Positions 45,014-55,914 of a stretch of 64,000 nucleotides of DNA are shown here, one piece after another. How positions within the stretch are numbered: the stretch's first letter is position 1; the number at the start of each line of letters is the position of its first letter. The DNA is from Alphaproteobacteria bacterium. Lineage in GTDB: Bacteria > Pseudomonadota > Alphaproteobacteria > Micavibrionales > Micavibrionaceae. The notes beneath the pieces were generated by a model. The model worked only from the letters and a program-made list of their open reading frames with translations. It did no database searches and was not told the origin of the DNA. A program made the position numbers and the translations under genes. The stretch is from NCBI GenBank assembly GCA_050297015.1, contig JBNKRZ010000013.1:3676-67675 (forward strand). Direction: 5' to 3'.

Positions 45014-46357
45014 TTATGCGAGGAGTTGATCCAGAAGGCGCAGAACATCAACAGAGGCTGCCTCTGCCTGTTTAACTTCATCAATGGCCCCTTGTAAATT
45101 ACCATCTCTGTATAGGCGGGCAGCTTCAATGCCGTGTTTGTGGACCAATTCATGCGGCCCTTCAAGCTCTCTATAGGCGGGCTTGCTCGTGTATTTTTCA
45201 TCTTGAATGGCGTAGTACCATTTACCTAAACGACAGGTGTGATGGTCGGCCAGTTCATCCGGGTTGAGTGACTCCCTTCCGACGAGCATGTTGGCCAGAC
45301 GTTTTTTCCAAATCACATGGTCTGACTTTGCCAAATGAACAGTCAGGTCAGGAATGTCGCGCCCGACGAAATGCTGGAGTTCTTCGAGAAGGATTTTTTC
45401 AGCAAGGTCCATGGCATCGAGTGTCTTTTCGACTTGTTCAAGGTTGAGATCCGCCATTTGTGAGATTTTGACGACTCCTTCTGCGATCTCCGTTGAGGCT
45501 GTTTTTTGTTCGGCCAGAATGTCGGCAACGTTACGGGTCTGATCGGTAACGGTCATGACCAATGATGAGATGTTTTTCATTTCATCGTTGGAGTTGTTCA
45601 AAGCCGTTTCCCCTTTTTCTACAATTTCGGGAACTTGTTGGATCATTTTCGTGATTTCGTCGGTTTCATCGGTCAGGAATTTGATCTTCTCGGCGATTTC
45701 TTTGGTGGATTCGTTTGTTTTGTTTGCCAGTTCTTTCACCTCACCGGCAACAACGGCAAAGCCCTTGCCGGCCTCGCCTGCGCGTGCTGCCTCAATCGTG
45801 GCATTCAGCGCTAAAAGGTTTGTCTGGTCGGCAATGTCGCTAATAAAACCAAGAACGCCGTTGATCTTTTGGGCGGCTTGAGAAAGAGTTATTATTTTCT
45901 CAACGGCATCGGACGTGATGGTCGAAATTTCAGACATGGTCTGTAGAGCATGCTCTGACGCTGTCATGCCGCGTTGTGAAATTTCTGACATCTTGGCCGT
46001 TTCATTGGCAACGGTTTCCGTATTTTCGGCAATATTTTCAACGGAGGCCGTTAGCTCTTGAATGGCGGCGGCCATGCCATTGCTTTGGTGGTTTATATCT
46101 TTGGCCCCTTGATTCATTTCTGCGCCGGCTGTTACCGCTTCGTTGATGGCAATCGAAAGGTCTACGGTCTGGTGAAGACTTTTTGCTTCATCTGCGAGTA
46201 ATTTGCCCTTTATTTGATCTAGAAGCTCTTTGTGTAAAGGTGTTTCCGGTTCTTTAGAGTAGTGGCCCTCTACGATCTCAAGCAGTTCTCTTTTCAGGAT
46301 TTCCAGAGATTCTTCACAGGTTAATTGTTCTTCTTGGGGGGAGGGGACTTCTGTCAT
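45014..46357 (-). CDS. Soluble methyl-accepting chemotaxis protein with C-terminal CZB (zinc-binding) domain
   Basis: MCP signalling hairpin [37 protein letters not shown]-terminal [14 protein letters not shown]...[11 protein letters not shown]. No TM. The ORF track begins at GTG 46399; I prefer ATG 46357. Confidence 0.85.
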   Translation of the reverse strand: MTEVPSPQEEQLTCEESLEILKRELLEIVEGHYSKEPETPLHKELLDQIKGKLLADEAKSLHQTVDLSIAINEAVTAGAEMNQGAKDINHQSNGMAAAIQELTASVENIAENTETVANETAKMSEISQRGMTASEHALQTMSEISTITSDAVEKIITLSQAAQKINGVLGFISDIADQTNLLALNATIEAARAGEAGKGFAVVAGEVKELANKTNESTKEIAEKIKFLTDETDEITKMIQQVPEIVEKGETALNNSNDEMKNISSLVMTVTDQTRNVADILAEQKTASTEIAEGVVKISQMADLNLEQVEKTLDAMDLAEKILLEELQHFVGRDIPDLTVHLAKSDHVIWKKRLANMLVGRESLNPDELADHHTCRLGKWYYAIQDEKYTSKPAYRELEGPHELVHKHGIEAARLYRDGNLQGAIDEVKQAEAASVDVLRLLDQLLA

Positions 46358-46592
46358 TTTTTTTCCTTGTTCTCCAGGAGTGAAACGCAACAACGGCACT
46401 TCATAATAAGAAAGCTGTGTGTGGGTACTTAAGAATTCTTCTTACGATCCGTATGGATTATAAATAACACAAAACAGGCTCTCATAAAAGGATGGTCTTG
46501 TGTTTATTGATAAAAGAATAGATTGTTCAATGCTATTGAATTTATGTTGCCGTGCCTTATGATGGGAACAGATTTATTGAGGATATGATTCT

Positions 46593-46982
46593 ATGAGTGA
46601 TACGAAAAAGATTGAACGGCCCTTGTCGCCGCATTTGCAGGTATATAAACCGCAACTCAATACCTTTGCTTCTATTTTGCACCGGGTGACGGGCTATGCT
46701 CTTGTTCTTGGGACGATTATGGTGCTGTGGCTTCTTGTCGCAGCGTCATACGGGGCGGAGGCTTATAATGGTTTTATGGGCTTTGCGTCTACGCCTGTCG
46801 GTATGTTGATGTGGTTTGGGTGGACTGTGGCGCTGTTCTACCACATGTGCAATGGTGTGCGGCATTTGTTTTGGGACTCAGGCCGGCTTCTTGAGATGAA
46901 GCATGCCACTATGGCCGGAATAGCCGTTTTTGTGGCAACGGCCCTGCTGACAGGTTTTGTCTGGTGCAGCGTATTATTTTAA
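46593..46982 (+). CDS. sdhC: Succinate dehydrogenase cytochrome b556 subunit
   Basis: 129 aa with RPLSPHLQVYKPQLNTFASILHRVTG and 3 TM segments. First gene of sdhCDAB. Confidence 0.9.
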   Translation: MSDTKKIERPLSPHLQVYKPQLNTFASILHRVTGYALVLGTIMVLWLLVAASYGAEAYNGFMGFASTPVGMLMWFGWTVALFYHMCNGVRHLFWDSGRLLEMKHATMAGIAVFVATALLTGFVWCSVLF

Positions 46983-47390
46983 GTGAAGGAAAAAAGAGCC
47001 ATGGAAAAACATCAAACGCCGCTTAAAAAAGCCGAAGGTTTGGGGAGTGCTCATGAAGGGGCTACGCATTGGTGGCACCAACGGATCACGGCTTTTGCTG
47101 CCGTCCCTTTGATTTTCTGGTTGGTTTGCAGTGTGGCAAGTCATGTGATTGGTGCATCTTATGAAGCGTTTACAGTGTGGCTGTCTGCACCGCACAATGC
47201 TGTCTTAATGATTTTGTCTATTCTTATGCTTTTTTACCATGCGGCGCTGGGGACGCAGGTTATTATTGAAGATTATCTGCATAATATGAATCTGAGGATT
47301 GCCAAGCTGATTTTGACCAAATTGTTTTTTATGGTCGCGGCCGTGGTTTGTGTTTTTGCGGTTTTGAAAATCGCATTTATGCCGCAGTAA
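46983..47390 (+). CDS. sdhD: Succinate dehydrogenase membrane anchor subunit
   Basis: 135 aa (GTG 46983; alternative ATG 47001) with 3 TM segments. Lies between sdhC and sdhA. Confidence 0.8.
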   Translation: MKEKRAMEKHQTPLKKAEGLGSAHEGATHWWHQRITAFAAVPLIFWLVCSVASHVIGASYEAFTVWLSAPHNAVLMILSILMLFYHAALGTQVIIEDYLHNMNLRIAKLILTKLFFMVAAVVCVFAVLKIAFMPQ

Positions 47391-47462
47391 AAATTGTACG
47401 GTGAGGGGGGATACCTCTCGCTGCGGATGGACGTTTAATTGTAAAGAAAAATGTGAAAAGAT

Positions 47463-49253
47463 ATGACCCAATCTTACGAAATTATTGATCATGAATATGA
47501 TGTTGTTGTTGTCGGTGCTGGCGGTGCGGGATTGCGCGCCGGGTTTGGCTGTGCAGAGAAGGGGCTGAAAACGGCGCTGATTTCCAAGGTCTTTCCGACG
47601 CGCTCACACACAGTGGCGGCACAGGGCGGGATTTCTGCGGCGCTCGGTAATATGGGTGAAGATGATTGGCGCTTTCATATGTATGATACGATCAAGGGCT
47701 CTGACTGGCTCGGCGATCAGGATGCTATTGAGTATATGTGCCGGGAGGCGATTCCCGCGATTATCGAGTTGGAGCATTATGGTGTGCCGTTTTCCCGCAC
47801 GCCGGAGGGCAAGATTTACCAGCGTGCCTTTGGCGGTATGACTACCCACTATGGTAAGGGTACGGCGCAGCGGACGTGTGCGGCGGCCGACCGGACGGGG
47901 CATGCGATTTTGCACACGCTCTATACGCAGGCGCTCAAGCACAAGGCTGAATTCTTTATCGAATATTTTGCTCTCGATCTGATTATGGATGAGGACGGCG
48001 CATGCGTCGGGGTGATGGCCCTGAACATGGAGGACGGCACAATCCACCGTTTCCGCGGGCATCAGACTATTTTGGCGACCGGTGGTTATGGCCGAACGTT
48101 CTTTTCCTGCACCTCGGCTCATACATGCACCGGTGACGGGAATGCGATGGTACTGCGTGCCGGCCTTGCGTTGCAGGATATGGAATTTATTCAGTTCCAC
48201 CCGACCGGAATTTACGGTGCGGGCTGCCTGATTACCGAAGGTGTGCGCGGGGAAGGCGGTTATCTAACAAACTCTGAGGGTGAACGCTTTATGGAGCGTT
48301 ATGCACCGAGCGCGAAGGATCTTGCGTCCCGTGATGTGGTGTCCCGTTCCATGACTGTTGAAATTCGTGAAGGGCGCGGTGTCGGGCCGGAGAAAGATCA
48401 TATTCATTTGCACCTTGAGCATCTTGATCCTGATATTATCCATTCTCGCTTGCCGGGGATCGCCGAAACGGCGCGCGTGTTCGCCGGTGTGGATGTGACG
48501 AAAGAACCGATTCCCGTGATTCCTACTGCTCACTACAATATGGGCGGCGTCCCGACTAACTTTAAAACGGAAGTTATCAACCCGACGAAGAAAGATAAAA
48601 ATGCTGTCGTGCCGGGCTTGATGGCAATTGGAGAGGCCGCGTGTGTTTCCGTACATGGCGCGAACCGTTTGGGTTCCAACTCTTTGCTTGATTTGGTGGT
48701 GTTTGGACGGGCAGCGGCCAATCGTTGCGCCGAACTTGTGAAACCACACAGCGCCCATAAAGCCCTAAAGGGTGATGGTGGACAAAAATCCATCGAACGT
48801 CTGGATCGTTTCCGCAACGCGAGCGGCCACACATCGACAGCGGATTTGCGTGACCGTATGCAGCGCACGATGCAAAGCCACGCGCCCGTATTCCGGACGG
48901 GCGATGTTCTGGCCGAGGGCATTACAAAAATTGATGCGGCTTTTCAGGCCAAAACCGATCTGGGGATTACCGACCGTTCCTTGATCTTTAATACCGATCT
49001 GATCGAAACGTTGGAGCTGGATAACCTGCTCTCACAAGCCGTTGTTGCTATGCATGCCGCGGCCAATCGTGAAGAGTCCCGTGGGGCGCAAGCGCGTGAG
49101 GATTTCCCTGATCGTGACGATAAAAAATGGATGAAGCATACGGTGATCTGGTGTGATGATAAGGGCAAAGTTACGATCGATTACCGTCCCGTCATTATGA
49201 CGACCTTGACCGATGAGGTTGAGCCGGTGCCGCCGAAGGCGCGTGTTTACTAG
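47463..49253 (+). CDS. sdhA: Succinate dehydrogenase flavoprotein subunit
   Basis: 596 aa with [16 protein letters not shown]-binding motif, SHTVAAQGG (covalent FAD His) and a conserved C-terminus. Confidence 0.95.
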   Translation: MTQSYEIIDHEYDVVVVGAGGAGLRAGFGCAEKGLKTALISKVFPTRSHTVAAQGGISAALGNMGEDDWRFHMYDTIKGSDWLGDQDAIEYMCREAIPAIIELEHYGVPFSRTPEGKIYQRAFGGMTTHYGKGTAQRTCAAADRTGHAILHTLYTQALKHKAEFFIEYFALDLIMDEDGACVGVMALNMEDGTIHRFRGHQTILATGGYGRTFFSCTSAHTCTGDGNAMVLRAGLALQDMEFIQFHPTGIYGAGCLITEGVRGEGGYLTNSEGERFMERYAPSAKDLASRDVVSRSMTVEIREGRGVGPEKDHIHLHLEHLDPDIIHSRLPGIAETARVFAGVDVTKEPIPVIPTAHYNMGGVPTNFKTEVINPTKKDKNAVVPGLMAIGEAACVSVHGANRLGSNSLLDLVVFGRAAANRCAELVKPHSAHKALKGDGGQKSIERLDRFRNASGHTSTADLRDRMQRTMQSHAPVFRTGDVLAEGITKIDAAFQAKTDLGITDRSLIFNTDLIETLELDNLLSQAVVAMHAAANREESRGAQAREDFPDRDDKKWMKHTVIWCDDKGKVTIDYRPVIMTTLTDEVEPVPPKARVY

Positions 49254-49401
49254 GTGTTTCTTGATATTTTTCTTGTTGCGTTGCAATAAAGCTCTTGACG
49301 TAACGTAGGGTTTCCCCTATTCTTAATCCTTTCCATGCGGCGGAAAAAGGGGAGAGGTGTGTGTATGATGAAACACGCAAACCCTTTTGGATGCGCCGGT
49401 T

Positions 49402-49899
49402 ATGATAAAATTTATTGTCGAAGCATACTCGGAAGAGAGCTATGAAGATGCCATGGTGCAAGCCTTGGGCAAGGCTTCGGCGCATATGGCGCGTGATAAT
49501 GATGTTCACATTGATCTCGTCGATATGTCGTATGACGAGGAAACCGGTTATCATATTGCGCTGGAAGTTACGGTCGTTCCTATGGGGGATAAGGACTCTT
49601 TCAAAATTAAGCGTGATGAAGAGCTGAACAAGCGCATGGCTGTCGAAATTTTTCGCAAGCTGCGCACGAATGAGGGTGAGCGGCTCAAGAATATGATTTC
49701 CGATCATTTTCGCCGTCGGGGGCATTGTCCGGATATTCCGGCGCTTAATCAGTCTTGGATTAATGAAACTCACATCGCTAATGATATTGTGGAGCGGCAA
49801 TTCCTGCACGCCGTTCATGATGTTGAAATTCCCACCAGCAGCCCTAATGTGCCCGATATTCACAAAATATTGGGGCGTCCGACTTTTGATTTGGGGTGA
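49402..49899 (+). CDS. Hypothetical protein with a dodecin-like N-terminal domain, inserted between sdhA and sdhB
   Basis: MIKFIVEAYSEESYEDAMVQALGKASAHMARDNDVHIDLVDMSYDEETGYHIALEVTVVP resembles the dodecin pattern (SxxSxEDA...A). The ORF track start is TTG 49387. Confidence 0.4.
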   Translation: MIKFIVEAYSEESYEDAMVQALGKASAHMARDNDVHIDLVDMSYDEETGYHIALEVTVVPMGDKDSFKIKRDEELNKRMAVEIFRKLRTNEGERLKNMISDHFRRRGHCPDIPALNQSWINETHIANDIVERQFLHAVHDVEIPTSSPNVPDIHKILGRPTFDLG

Positions 49900-49998
49900 G
49901 TTTTTTCGATGTTCGTGATTTTTCTTTAAAAGGCGCTTCACAGCGAGGGTTAAAGTCTTTATTTTAGAGACGGATATTTACCCAACAGGTAAGGGATC

Positions 49999-50793
49999 AT
50001 GGCAGAGTTTACACTTCCTCGGAATTCAAAGGTTGGCAAAGGTCGGACGCATAAGGCTCCTGAAGGTGCTGTGCGTACGAAAACGTTTCAGGTTTATCGC
50101 TGGGATCCGGAGGATTCCGAAAATCCCCGTTGGGATGAGTACGAAATCGATCTGGATCAATGCGGCCCGATGGTCCTTGATGCGCTTTTATACATCAAGA
50201 ACAATGTCGATTCGACGCTGACACTGCGCCGGTCATGCCGTGAAGGGATTTGCGGCTCTTGTGCCATGAATATTGATGGCACCAATACGCTGGCATGTTT
50301 GAAGGGCATTGATGAGGTTAAGGGCGATGTTAAGGTTTCACCATTGCCGCACATGCCTGTGGTTAAAGATCTGGTGCCGGACCTGAACCATGCCTATGCG
50401 CAATATGCGTTGATTGAGCCGTGGTTGAAAACAGATTCGCCGGAGCCCTCCCGCGAGCGCTTGCAAAGCGCTGAGGATGCTGATGTGCTGAACGGTCATG
50501 ACGGGCACGGGCCGGCCATGTGTATTTTGTGTTTTTGCTGTTCTACGGCGTGCCCTAGTTACTGGTGGAATGGCGACCGGTTTATCGGACCGGCTGTGTT
50601 GCAACAGGCTTATCGCTGGATTGCCGATTCTCGTGATGAGGCAACGGGTGAGCGGCTTGACCAGCTGGAAGATCCTTTCCGTTTGTATCGTTGTCATACG
50701 ATTATGAATTGCACGAACACGTGCCCGAAAGACTTGAATCCTGCCAAGGCCATTGCTGAGATTAAAAAACTGATGGTTGCCCGTCAGGCTTAA
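49999..50793 (+). CDS. sdhB: Succinate dehydrogenase iron-sulfur subunit
   Basis: 264 aa with Cys clusters [23 protein letters not shown] and [12 protein letters not shown]. Confidence 0.95.
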   Translation: MAEFTLPRNSKVGKGRTHKAPEGAVRTKTFQVYRWDPEDSENPRWDEYEIDLDQCGPMVLDALLYIKNNVDSTLTLRRSCREGICGSCAMNIDGTNTLACLKGIDEVKGDVKVSPLPHMPVVKDLVPDLNHAYAQYALIEPWLKTDSPEPSRERLQSAEDADVLNGHDGHGPAMCILCFCCSTACPSYWWNGDRFIGPAVLQQAYRWIADSRDEATGERLDQLEDPFRLYRCHTIMNCTNTCPKDLNPAKAIAEIKKLMVARQA

Positions 50794-51395
50794 AAATCAT
50801 AATCATCCAGCTCTTTTCCACCAAACGGGTCGAAGATGATTTCCGTTGAACACACGGCTTTGACAAGCTGGATCATGTTTTGTGATGAAAGACGAAGGTT
50901 TTGCTCGCAATGCGATGAACCTTTTACGGGGATGGATTTTTCCGATCCGTCCTCTGCCGGTAAGTGAAGCGTTCCTTTATCTTTGCTGAGTGTTTGTATT
51001 GTGGCGCTTTGGCCCCGGTGTTTGATTTCTATATTTTCGATCGTGATTTGTGTTTCGAATCCGGATGTTTCTTCTGTGATATTACGGTATGAATCGGACA
51101 AACTCTCTTTGTCTAGCTTGATCTCGTTGTTCTGGGCGGGGTAGCCGGGAATGTCGTAGGTGATTGTGCTCGTATAGCGCCCCTTTTCATGAAGGTGATC
51201 GTCGAGATAAGTCTCCAGATCTGGTGGTGATAAATTATGGTGGCCCATGGCGACCTGGTTCATTTCTTCAATGAAGGCGGTGATGTTTTCCTCACTCAAT
51301 TGAGATGCTTTTTGTTTTAAGGTGACGGCCTGTGCGGGGTCGGGGGTGAAAAAAGCGTAGGAAATTAAGGCTAATGCTGCGTGTTTAGAGATCAT
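50790..51395 (-). CDS. Secreted hypothetical protein (tandem paralog A)
   Basis: 201 aa with a signal peptide. Shares NITAFIEEM.., [10 protein letters not shown] and VKAVCSTE blocks with the upstream paralog. Confidence 0.55.
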   Translation of the reverse strand: MISKHAALALISYAFFTPDPAQAVTLKQKASQLSEENITAFIEEMNQVAMGHHNLSPPDLETYLDDHLHEKGRYTSTITYDIPGYPAQNNEIKLDKESLSDSYRNITEETSGFETQITIENIEIKHRGQSATIQTLSKDKGTLHLPAEDGSEKSIPVKGSSHCEQNLRLSSQNMIQLVKAVCSTEIIFDPFGGKELDDYDF

Positions 51396-51984
51396 CTTGA
51401 ATCTCCATATAGGTTGTACAAGAGGCGTCTTTCATCTGTATGACCTTTTTTTCCTGACTTAAAACGAGTGTTTGCTCGCAGTAAGACGTGCCAATGACGG
51501 GCACGGTGTTTTCATCGCCGAAGTCGTCAATAATCGGCATCAGGCCGCGCTCGCGTGTTGTGCTGATGACGCGGGCGCGCCGGGCGTCGTCCGTGATCTT
51601 GATGTAGTCGATATCAACGCGGCTTTCATGATGGCTCATCACCGTTTGGTCTTGCAAAATATGAGCGATAAAATCTTTTTTATTCAGCGCCATTTCTTCT
51701 TCTTTTTCATCGTCTCCGATTCGGTATTTCAGGGTGGTGGAGAATTGGCCGTCATCGTTAATGTGTTCGACGAAGAATTTTGTGATATCAAAAGCGTCAG
51801 TGTTTTCTTGTTTGGCGCTCGCCATAGAGGATACTTGTTCGACAAAGGCGGTGACGTTGCCTTCTGTGAGCTGTGTGATTTGCATGGCGGGGTCGGCGTC
51901 CTTGATGAAGGCTGTAAATAAAATTACAACCAACATAACATTGAAGGCAGCCATGCCCAGTAATTCAAGGCTTTTCCCCATCAC
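51385..51984 (-). CDS. Membrane-anchored/secreted hypothetical protein (tandem paralog B)
   Basis: 199 aa with an N-terminal hydrophobic segment and NVTAFVEQV.., SYCEQTLVLS and KDASCTTY blocks. Confidence 0.55.
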   Translation of the reverse strand: MMGKSLELLGMAAFNVMLVVILFTAFIKDADPAMQITQLTEGNVTAFVEQVSSMASAKQENTDAFDITKFFVEHINDDGQFSTTLKYRIGDDEKEEEMALNKKDFIAHILQDQTVMSHHESRVDIDYIKITDDARRARVISTTRERGLMPIIDDFGDENTVPVIGTSYCEQTLVLSQEKKVIQMKDASCTTYMEIQDDL

Positions 51985-52090
51985 CGCTATCCGTTTATAA
52001 AGCTATCCGTTTTTAAAATCACGTGTGCTGTGAGTTTTCTCCCTATCCTTAAGGGTACCCCGAAAAGGTAAAAATAGAGTATAAAAGTTT

Positions 52091-52375
52091 TCAGATTTTT
52101 TGTAGCTCTGCCCATTTTTCGGCGGGGAGTGCCGTGATTTTGACGGTTTTCAGGCGGTCGGTTTCGCCGCGGGTGATTTCAATGGTATTTTGGGCTATTC
52201 CCAGTTCTTTTGAAAGAAGTCCTATTAGTGCCTTGTTTGCTTTTCCTTTTTCGGGTGCGGCAGTAACGGATATTTTCAGGATTGTTTTGGGGCCTTCGGG
52301 GCCGTTATCCCAGCCGCGGATTTTGTTGCTGGGGCCGCTGGGGATTAATTTTATTATGATCGTTCGATCAGTCAC
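52091..52375 (-). CDS. DUF167/YggU family protein
   Basis: 94 aa. [46 protein letters not shown] is the typical YggU pattern. Confidence 0.8.
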   Translation of the reverse strand: MTDRTIIIKLIPSGPSNKIRGWDNGPEGPKTILKISVTAAPEKGKANKALIGLLSKELGIAQNTIEITRGETDRLKTVKITALPAEKWAELQKI

Positions 52376-53211
52376 TTGATGTCTAAACCTAAGTCCATAA
52401 CCGGGGCGCTGTGGGTTAGGGCGCCGATGGATATCAGGTCAACTCCACATTCAGATACGGATCGAACCGTATTTATGTTCACGCCGCCACTAGCTTCCGT
52501 TTTCAGGTTTCCGTCAACTAATTTAACGGCCTGCGTGAGGGTGTTCGGTGTCATGTTGTCGAGTAGGACAATATCGGCGCCGGGTTCAAGTTCAAGTAAT
52601 TCTTTAAGCTGGTCGAGTGTGTCAACTTCGACTTCGATCTTAATCATGTGTCCGGCAAGGGCGCGGGCTTTTTCGACGGCTTGTTTTATGCTCCCGGCGA
52701 CGGCGATATGGTTGTCCTTGATCAGGATCGCATCATCAAGGCCGTAGCGGTGATTGCTGCCGCCGCCACATTTGACCGCATATTTTTCCAGTGCGCGCAG
52801 GCCCGGCGTGGTTTTGCGGGTACAGCAAATTTGCGCATTTGTGCCCTCGACTTCTTTAACGAATGTGGCCGTCATTGTGGCGATACCTGACAGGTGGCCG
52901 AGGAAATTAAGCGCCGTGCGTTCGGCGGTCAAGATATCCCGCGCTGAACCGTTGATGGTGGCGATATCCTGTCCGGCTTTGACGGCGGTGCCGTCCTCAA
53001 TATGTTTTTCTAAATTGAGCGCCGGGTTGATTAACTCAAAAGCCAGCAGCGCCACATCCAGTCCGGCAATCACGCCATCGGTGCGGGCACGAATTGTGGC
53101 GTTGGTTTGTGCGTTTGCGGGAATCGTCGCTTCGCTTGTGATGTCGCCGCGGCGCCCTAAATCCTCTTGCAGGGCGGCTTTGACGGCGTCCGTGTAAAGC
53201 AGACGGTTCAT
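52372..53211 (-). CDS. nadC: Nicotinate-nucleotide pyrophosphorylase (quinolinate phosphoribosyltransferase)
   Basis: 279 aa with [54 protein letters not shown]. Confidence 0.95.
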   Translation of the reverse strand: MNRLLYTDAVKAALQEDLGRRGDITSEATIPANAQTNATIRARTDGVIAGLDVALLAFELINPALNLEKHIEDGTAVKAGQDIATINGSARDILTAERTALNFLGHLSGIATMTATFVKEVEGTNAQICCTRKTTPGLRALEKYAVKCGGGSNHRYGLDDAILIKDNHIAVAGSIKQAVEKARALAGHMIKIEVEVDTLDQLKELLELEPGADIVLLDNMTPNTLTQAVKLVDGNLKTEASGGVNINTVRSVSECGVDLISIGALTHSAPVMDLGLDIK

Positions 53212-54221
53212 CAGCTTAGCTCCAGCATGCGTTCGATTGGTTTGCGGGCGCGGGCGGCAATTTCAGGATCAATAGAAACTTCCCCGGTCATATCGCGCAG
53301 GCATGTGAGGATTTTCGGCAGGGAAATCATCTTCATGTACGGGCACATCTGACATGATCCGATCATTTCTATGCCGGGGTTTTCAGCGGCGATGTTATCA
53401 CTCATTGAACATTCGGTCATAAGAACCGCGCGGGCGGGTTGATGGGCTTTAATCCATGTGTCCATTTGCGAGGTTGAGCCGGCGTAGTCGGAGACTTTCA
53501 GCACCTCTGGCGGGCATTCCGGGTGGGCAAGCACGGCGATATCGTCGTAGCGTTCGCGGAATCGTTCGACTTGTTTGGCGGTGAATTGCTCGTGAACCAC
53601 GCAGGCGCCGTCCCAGTACAGGACTTTGATTTTTGTTTGGGCGGCAACGTTTTGCGCAAGGTATTTGTCCGGCGTCATGAAGACCGTATCGTGTCCTTCG
53701 CGGCCCAGCGCTTCGACAATTTGCAGCGCGTTGGCCGAGGTGCAGCACACATCGCTTTCCGCTTTGACCTCGGCGGAGGTGTTGACGTAAGTGATAACCG
53801 GCACGCCGGGGTGTTCGGCCTTGATCTTGCGTACGTCCTCGGCAGTGATCGCGTCAGCCAGTGTGCAGCCCGCTTTGGGATCGGGGATCAGGACGGTTTT
53901 GTCCGGGCAGATGATCTTGGCGGTCTCGGCCATGAAATGCACCCCGCACTGTACGATGATGTCAGCATCGGTCTTGGCGGCTTCACGGGCGAGCTGTAGG
54001 GAGTCGCCTGTAATATCGCCGACGCCGAAAAAGACATCCGGTGTCATGTAATTATGCGCGAGGATAACCGCGTTCTTTTCGCGTTTCAGGCGGTTAATTT
54101 CGTGGATGTAGGGGGCCAGCTTTTCCCAGTGTTCCGGTTTGTATTGGTGGGACAGCTTGTCAAGAAGTGGGGCCGTGTCCCGTGCTACTTTATCCGTATA
54201 GGTCAGCGTTTTTGCGCTCAT
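53211..54221 (-). CDS. nadA: Quinolinate synthase A
   Basis: [12 protein letters not shown]...[10 protein letters not shown]...[14 protein letters not shown]...AGCTLA. The ORF track extends to 54290; I prefer ATG at 54219-54221 (MSAKTLTY...). Confidence 0.9.
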   Translation of the reverse strand: MSAKTLTYTDKVARDTAPLLDKLSHQYKPEHWEKLAPYIHEINRLKREKNAVILAHNYMTPDVFFGVGDITGDSLQLAREAAKTDADIIVQCGVHFMAETAKIICPDKTVLIPDPKAGCTLADAITAEDVRKIKAEHPGVPVITYVNTSAEVKAESDVCCTSANALQIVEALGREGHDTVFMTPDKYLAQNVAAQTKIKVLYWDGACVVHEQFTAKQVERFRERYDDIAVLAHPECPPEVLKVSDYAGSTSQMDTWIKAHQPARAVLMTECSMSDNIAAENPGIEMIGSCQMCPYMKMISLPKILTCLRDMTGEVSIDPEIAARARKPIERMLELS

Positions 54222-54296
54222 GGTTTTTAGTCGTTCTTTACCGTTGCCGTTGAAAGGTCTATCTTTCCCAAAATGAAAGGGAAAGGTCAATGCTTT

Positions 54297-54794
54297 ATGC
54301 CGTTTGAAATTAAAAAACTTCCGTCACCCAATTTCGGGGAGCGTCGCGACGGGGCGCGGCCGTCGATTATTGTGATACATTCTACGGGCATGAAAACGGC
54401 GCAAGAGGCGCTGGAGCGTATGTGTGATCCGGCGGCGGAAGTGAGCGCTCATTACTGCATTGATGAGGATGGCACGGTTTATGAGTTGGTTGATGAAACT
54501 ATGCGCGCTTGGCATGCAGGGGTTTCGGAATGGCGGGGGATTACGGATGTAAACAGTCATTCGATTGGGATTGAACTGGTCAACCCGGGGCATGAGTGGG
54601 GCTATCGTGAATTCCCGCCTGAGCAGATGGAGAGCCTTGTTGATCTGTGTAAATCCATCATGGCGCGGCACGAGATTAAATGGGTGCTGGGGCATTCCGA
54701 CATCGCACCGGGGCGCAGACGGGATCCCGGTGAATTGTTCGATTGGCAGTGGATGGCAGATGCGGGAGTGCCGAATATTCACGAAAAAGCTTGA
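54297..54794 (+). CDS. ampD: N-acetylmuramoyl-L-alanine amidase, AmpD-like (amidase_2)
   Basis: SPNFGERRDGARPSIIVIHSTGM, HYCIDEDGTVYELVDETMRAWHAGVSEW and SIGIELVNPGH. The alternative start is 54273. Confidence 0.85.
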   Translation: MPFEIKKLPSPNFGERRDGARPSIIVIHSTGMKTAQEALERMCDPAAEVSAHYCIDEDGTVYELVDETMRAWHAGVSEWRGITDVNSHSIGIELVNPGHEWGYREFPPEQMESLVDLCKSIMARHEIKWVLGHSDIAPGRRRDPGELFDWQWMADAGVPNIHEKA

Positions 54795-54829
54795 AAGTTT
54801 TAGCGTTATCAACCATATAAATCTTTATC

Positions 54830-55186
54830 AGAAGGCTGGATGGCTGCTTCGTTTTGGCGGAGAGGAAAGTCCGGGCTTCACGAAAACACGGCGCCGGCTA
54901 ACGGCCGGGCAGGGCGACCTGACGGAAAGTGCTGCAGAGATTTAAACCGCCGATGGCTGGCTGCTTTCGAGACGCTGGCACAGGCAAGGCTGAGAAGGTG
55001 CGGTAAGAGCGCACCGCGTTTCTGGCAACAGGAACGGCAAGGTAAACCCCGCCGGAAGCAAGACCAAATAGGCGTCTCATATGGTGAGTTTTCGCACCGG
55101 GATGCGGGTAGGTTGCTTGAGGTTTACGGTAACGTAAATCCCAGATGAATAGCCATTCTCGACAGAACCCGGCTTACAGGCTTTCT
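54830..55186 (+). ncRNA. rnpB: RNase P RNA (bacterial type A)
   Basis: Universal GAGGAAAGTCCGGGC block at about 54861-54875. 3' ACAGAACCCGGCTTAC block at about 55162-55177. P1 pairing is AGAAGGCTGG (5') with CAGGCTTTCT (3'). Terminator follows immediately. Confidence 0.9.
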
Positions 55187-55193
55187 GATGAAA

Positions 55194-55236
55194 AAGCCGC
55201 CTTTGGAGATTATCCCCGAAGGCGGCTTCTTTTTTG
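55194..55236 (+). terminator. Rho-independent terminator of rnpB
   Basis: AAGCCGCCTT-(loop)-AAGGCGGCTT followed by CTTTTTT. Confidence 0.75.
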
Positions 55237-55252
55237 AGGGATATGGCCCGTT

Positions 55253-55399
55253 TTAGGGGAACAAGGCCATGTCCCACATTTTTGTTGTAAGGCTACGCAG
55301 TTCGTCCATGCGGGCGGAATTATAGGCCGTGTACAAAATTGTGCCGGCAAATAATCCGCCGTTTATAGCGAGCGCGAGCATCAGTAGTATTACCAACAT
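55253..55399 (-). CDS. Small (48 aa) hydrophobic protein, unlisted in the ORF track
   Basis: Hand translation gives MLVILLMLALAINGGLFAGTILYTAYNSARMDELRSLTTKMWDMALFP. It is preceded by GGAGAAATAAA-ATG (good SD spacing) and has a single predicted TM. Confidence 0.35.
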   Translation of the reverse strand: MLVILLMLALAINGGLFAGTILYTAYNSARMDELRSLTTKMWDMALFP

Positions 55400-55914
55400 T
55401 TTATTTCTCCCCACACATTTGGTTTTCGTTGGTCTTTGTTGTGTTGTTCATTTGCAGTGAACGCCTATTCTTTAGCACTATATTCTGGAAAATACAAGAA
55501 AATTTTCCAATCTTTTCAATGCGATAGCAATCAGCGGTTGTATATTTTTCGTAACATAAGGAAATCATAAGTTTATGTTATGTAATATAAAATTTCACGG
55601 TTTTGACCAGCAATAAAATTTTATTAGGGAAAATCGTTAGCGATGGGTAGGGCATGGTGGGGGAGGTCTAAGTTTTTGAAAAATCCTGTGGTTATCTTTC
55701 GTGTTGGTCGGTTGCTAAATTGACGGGCCATAAAAACCCATGCTATCCCATAGATATCCATATGGTTCCATAAGGGGGCCGTATTTTCTGGAAATTTGTT
55801 TTTCTGGCCTGTAGTCGTTTCGTTTTTCTTTTTGACGGGGCGCAAGCGACGAAGCGTAGAAGACCTACGTGATGAGCGGGGAAACAAGATCAAAAAGGAA
55901 ATGGGAACGACTAA

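Noticed and set aside
49195-49941. 248-aa minus-strand ORF spanning the sdhA-sdhB gap
   Set aside because: It overlaps the 3' end of sdhA and has an Arg/Ile/His-rich shadow-ORF composition. The plus-strand ORF in the same gap has a more protein-like sequence and follows the operon orientation.
54840-55277. ORF-track entries 54840-55148 (+), 54898-55080 (-) and 55077-55277 (-), considered as possible protein genes
   Set aside because: They lie inside or directly on the RNase P RNA gene and its terminator. The GAGGAAAGTCCGGGC and ACAGAACCCGGCTTAC blocks and the P1 pairing explain this DNA.
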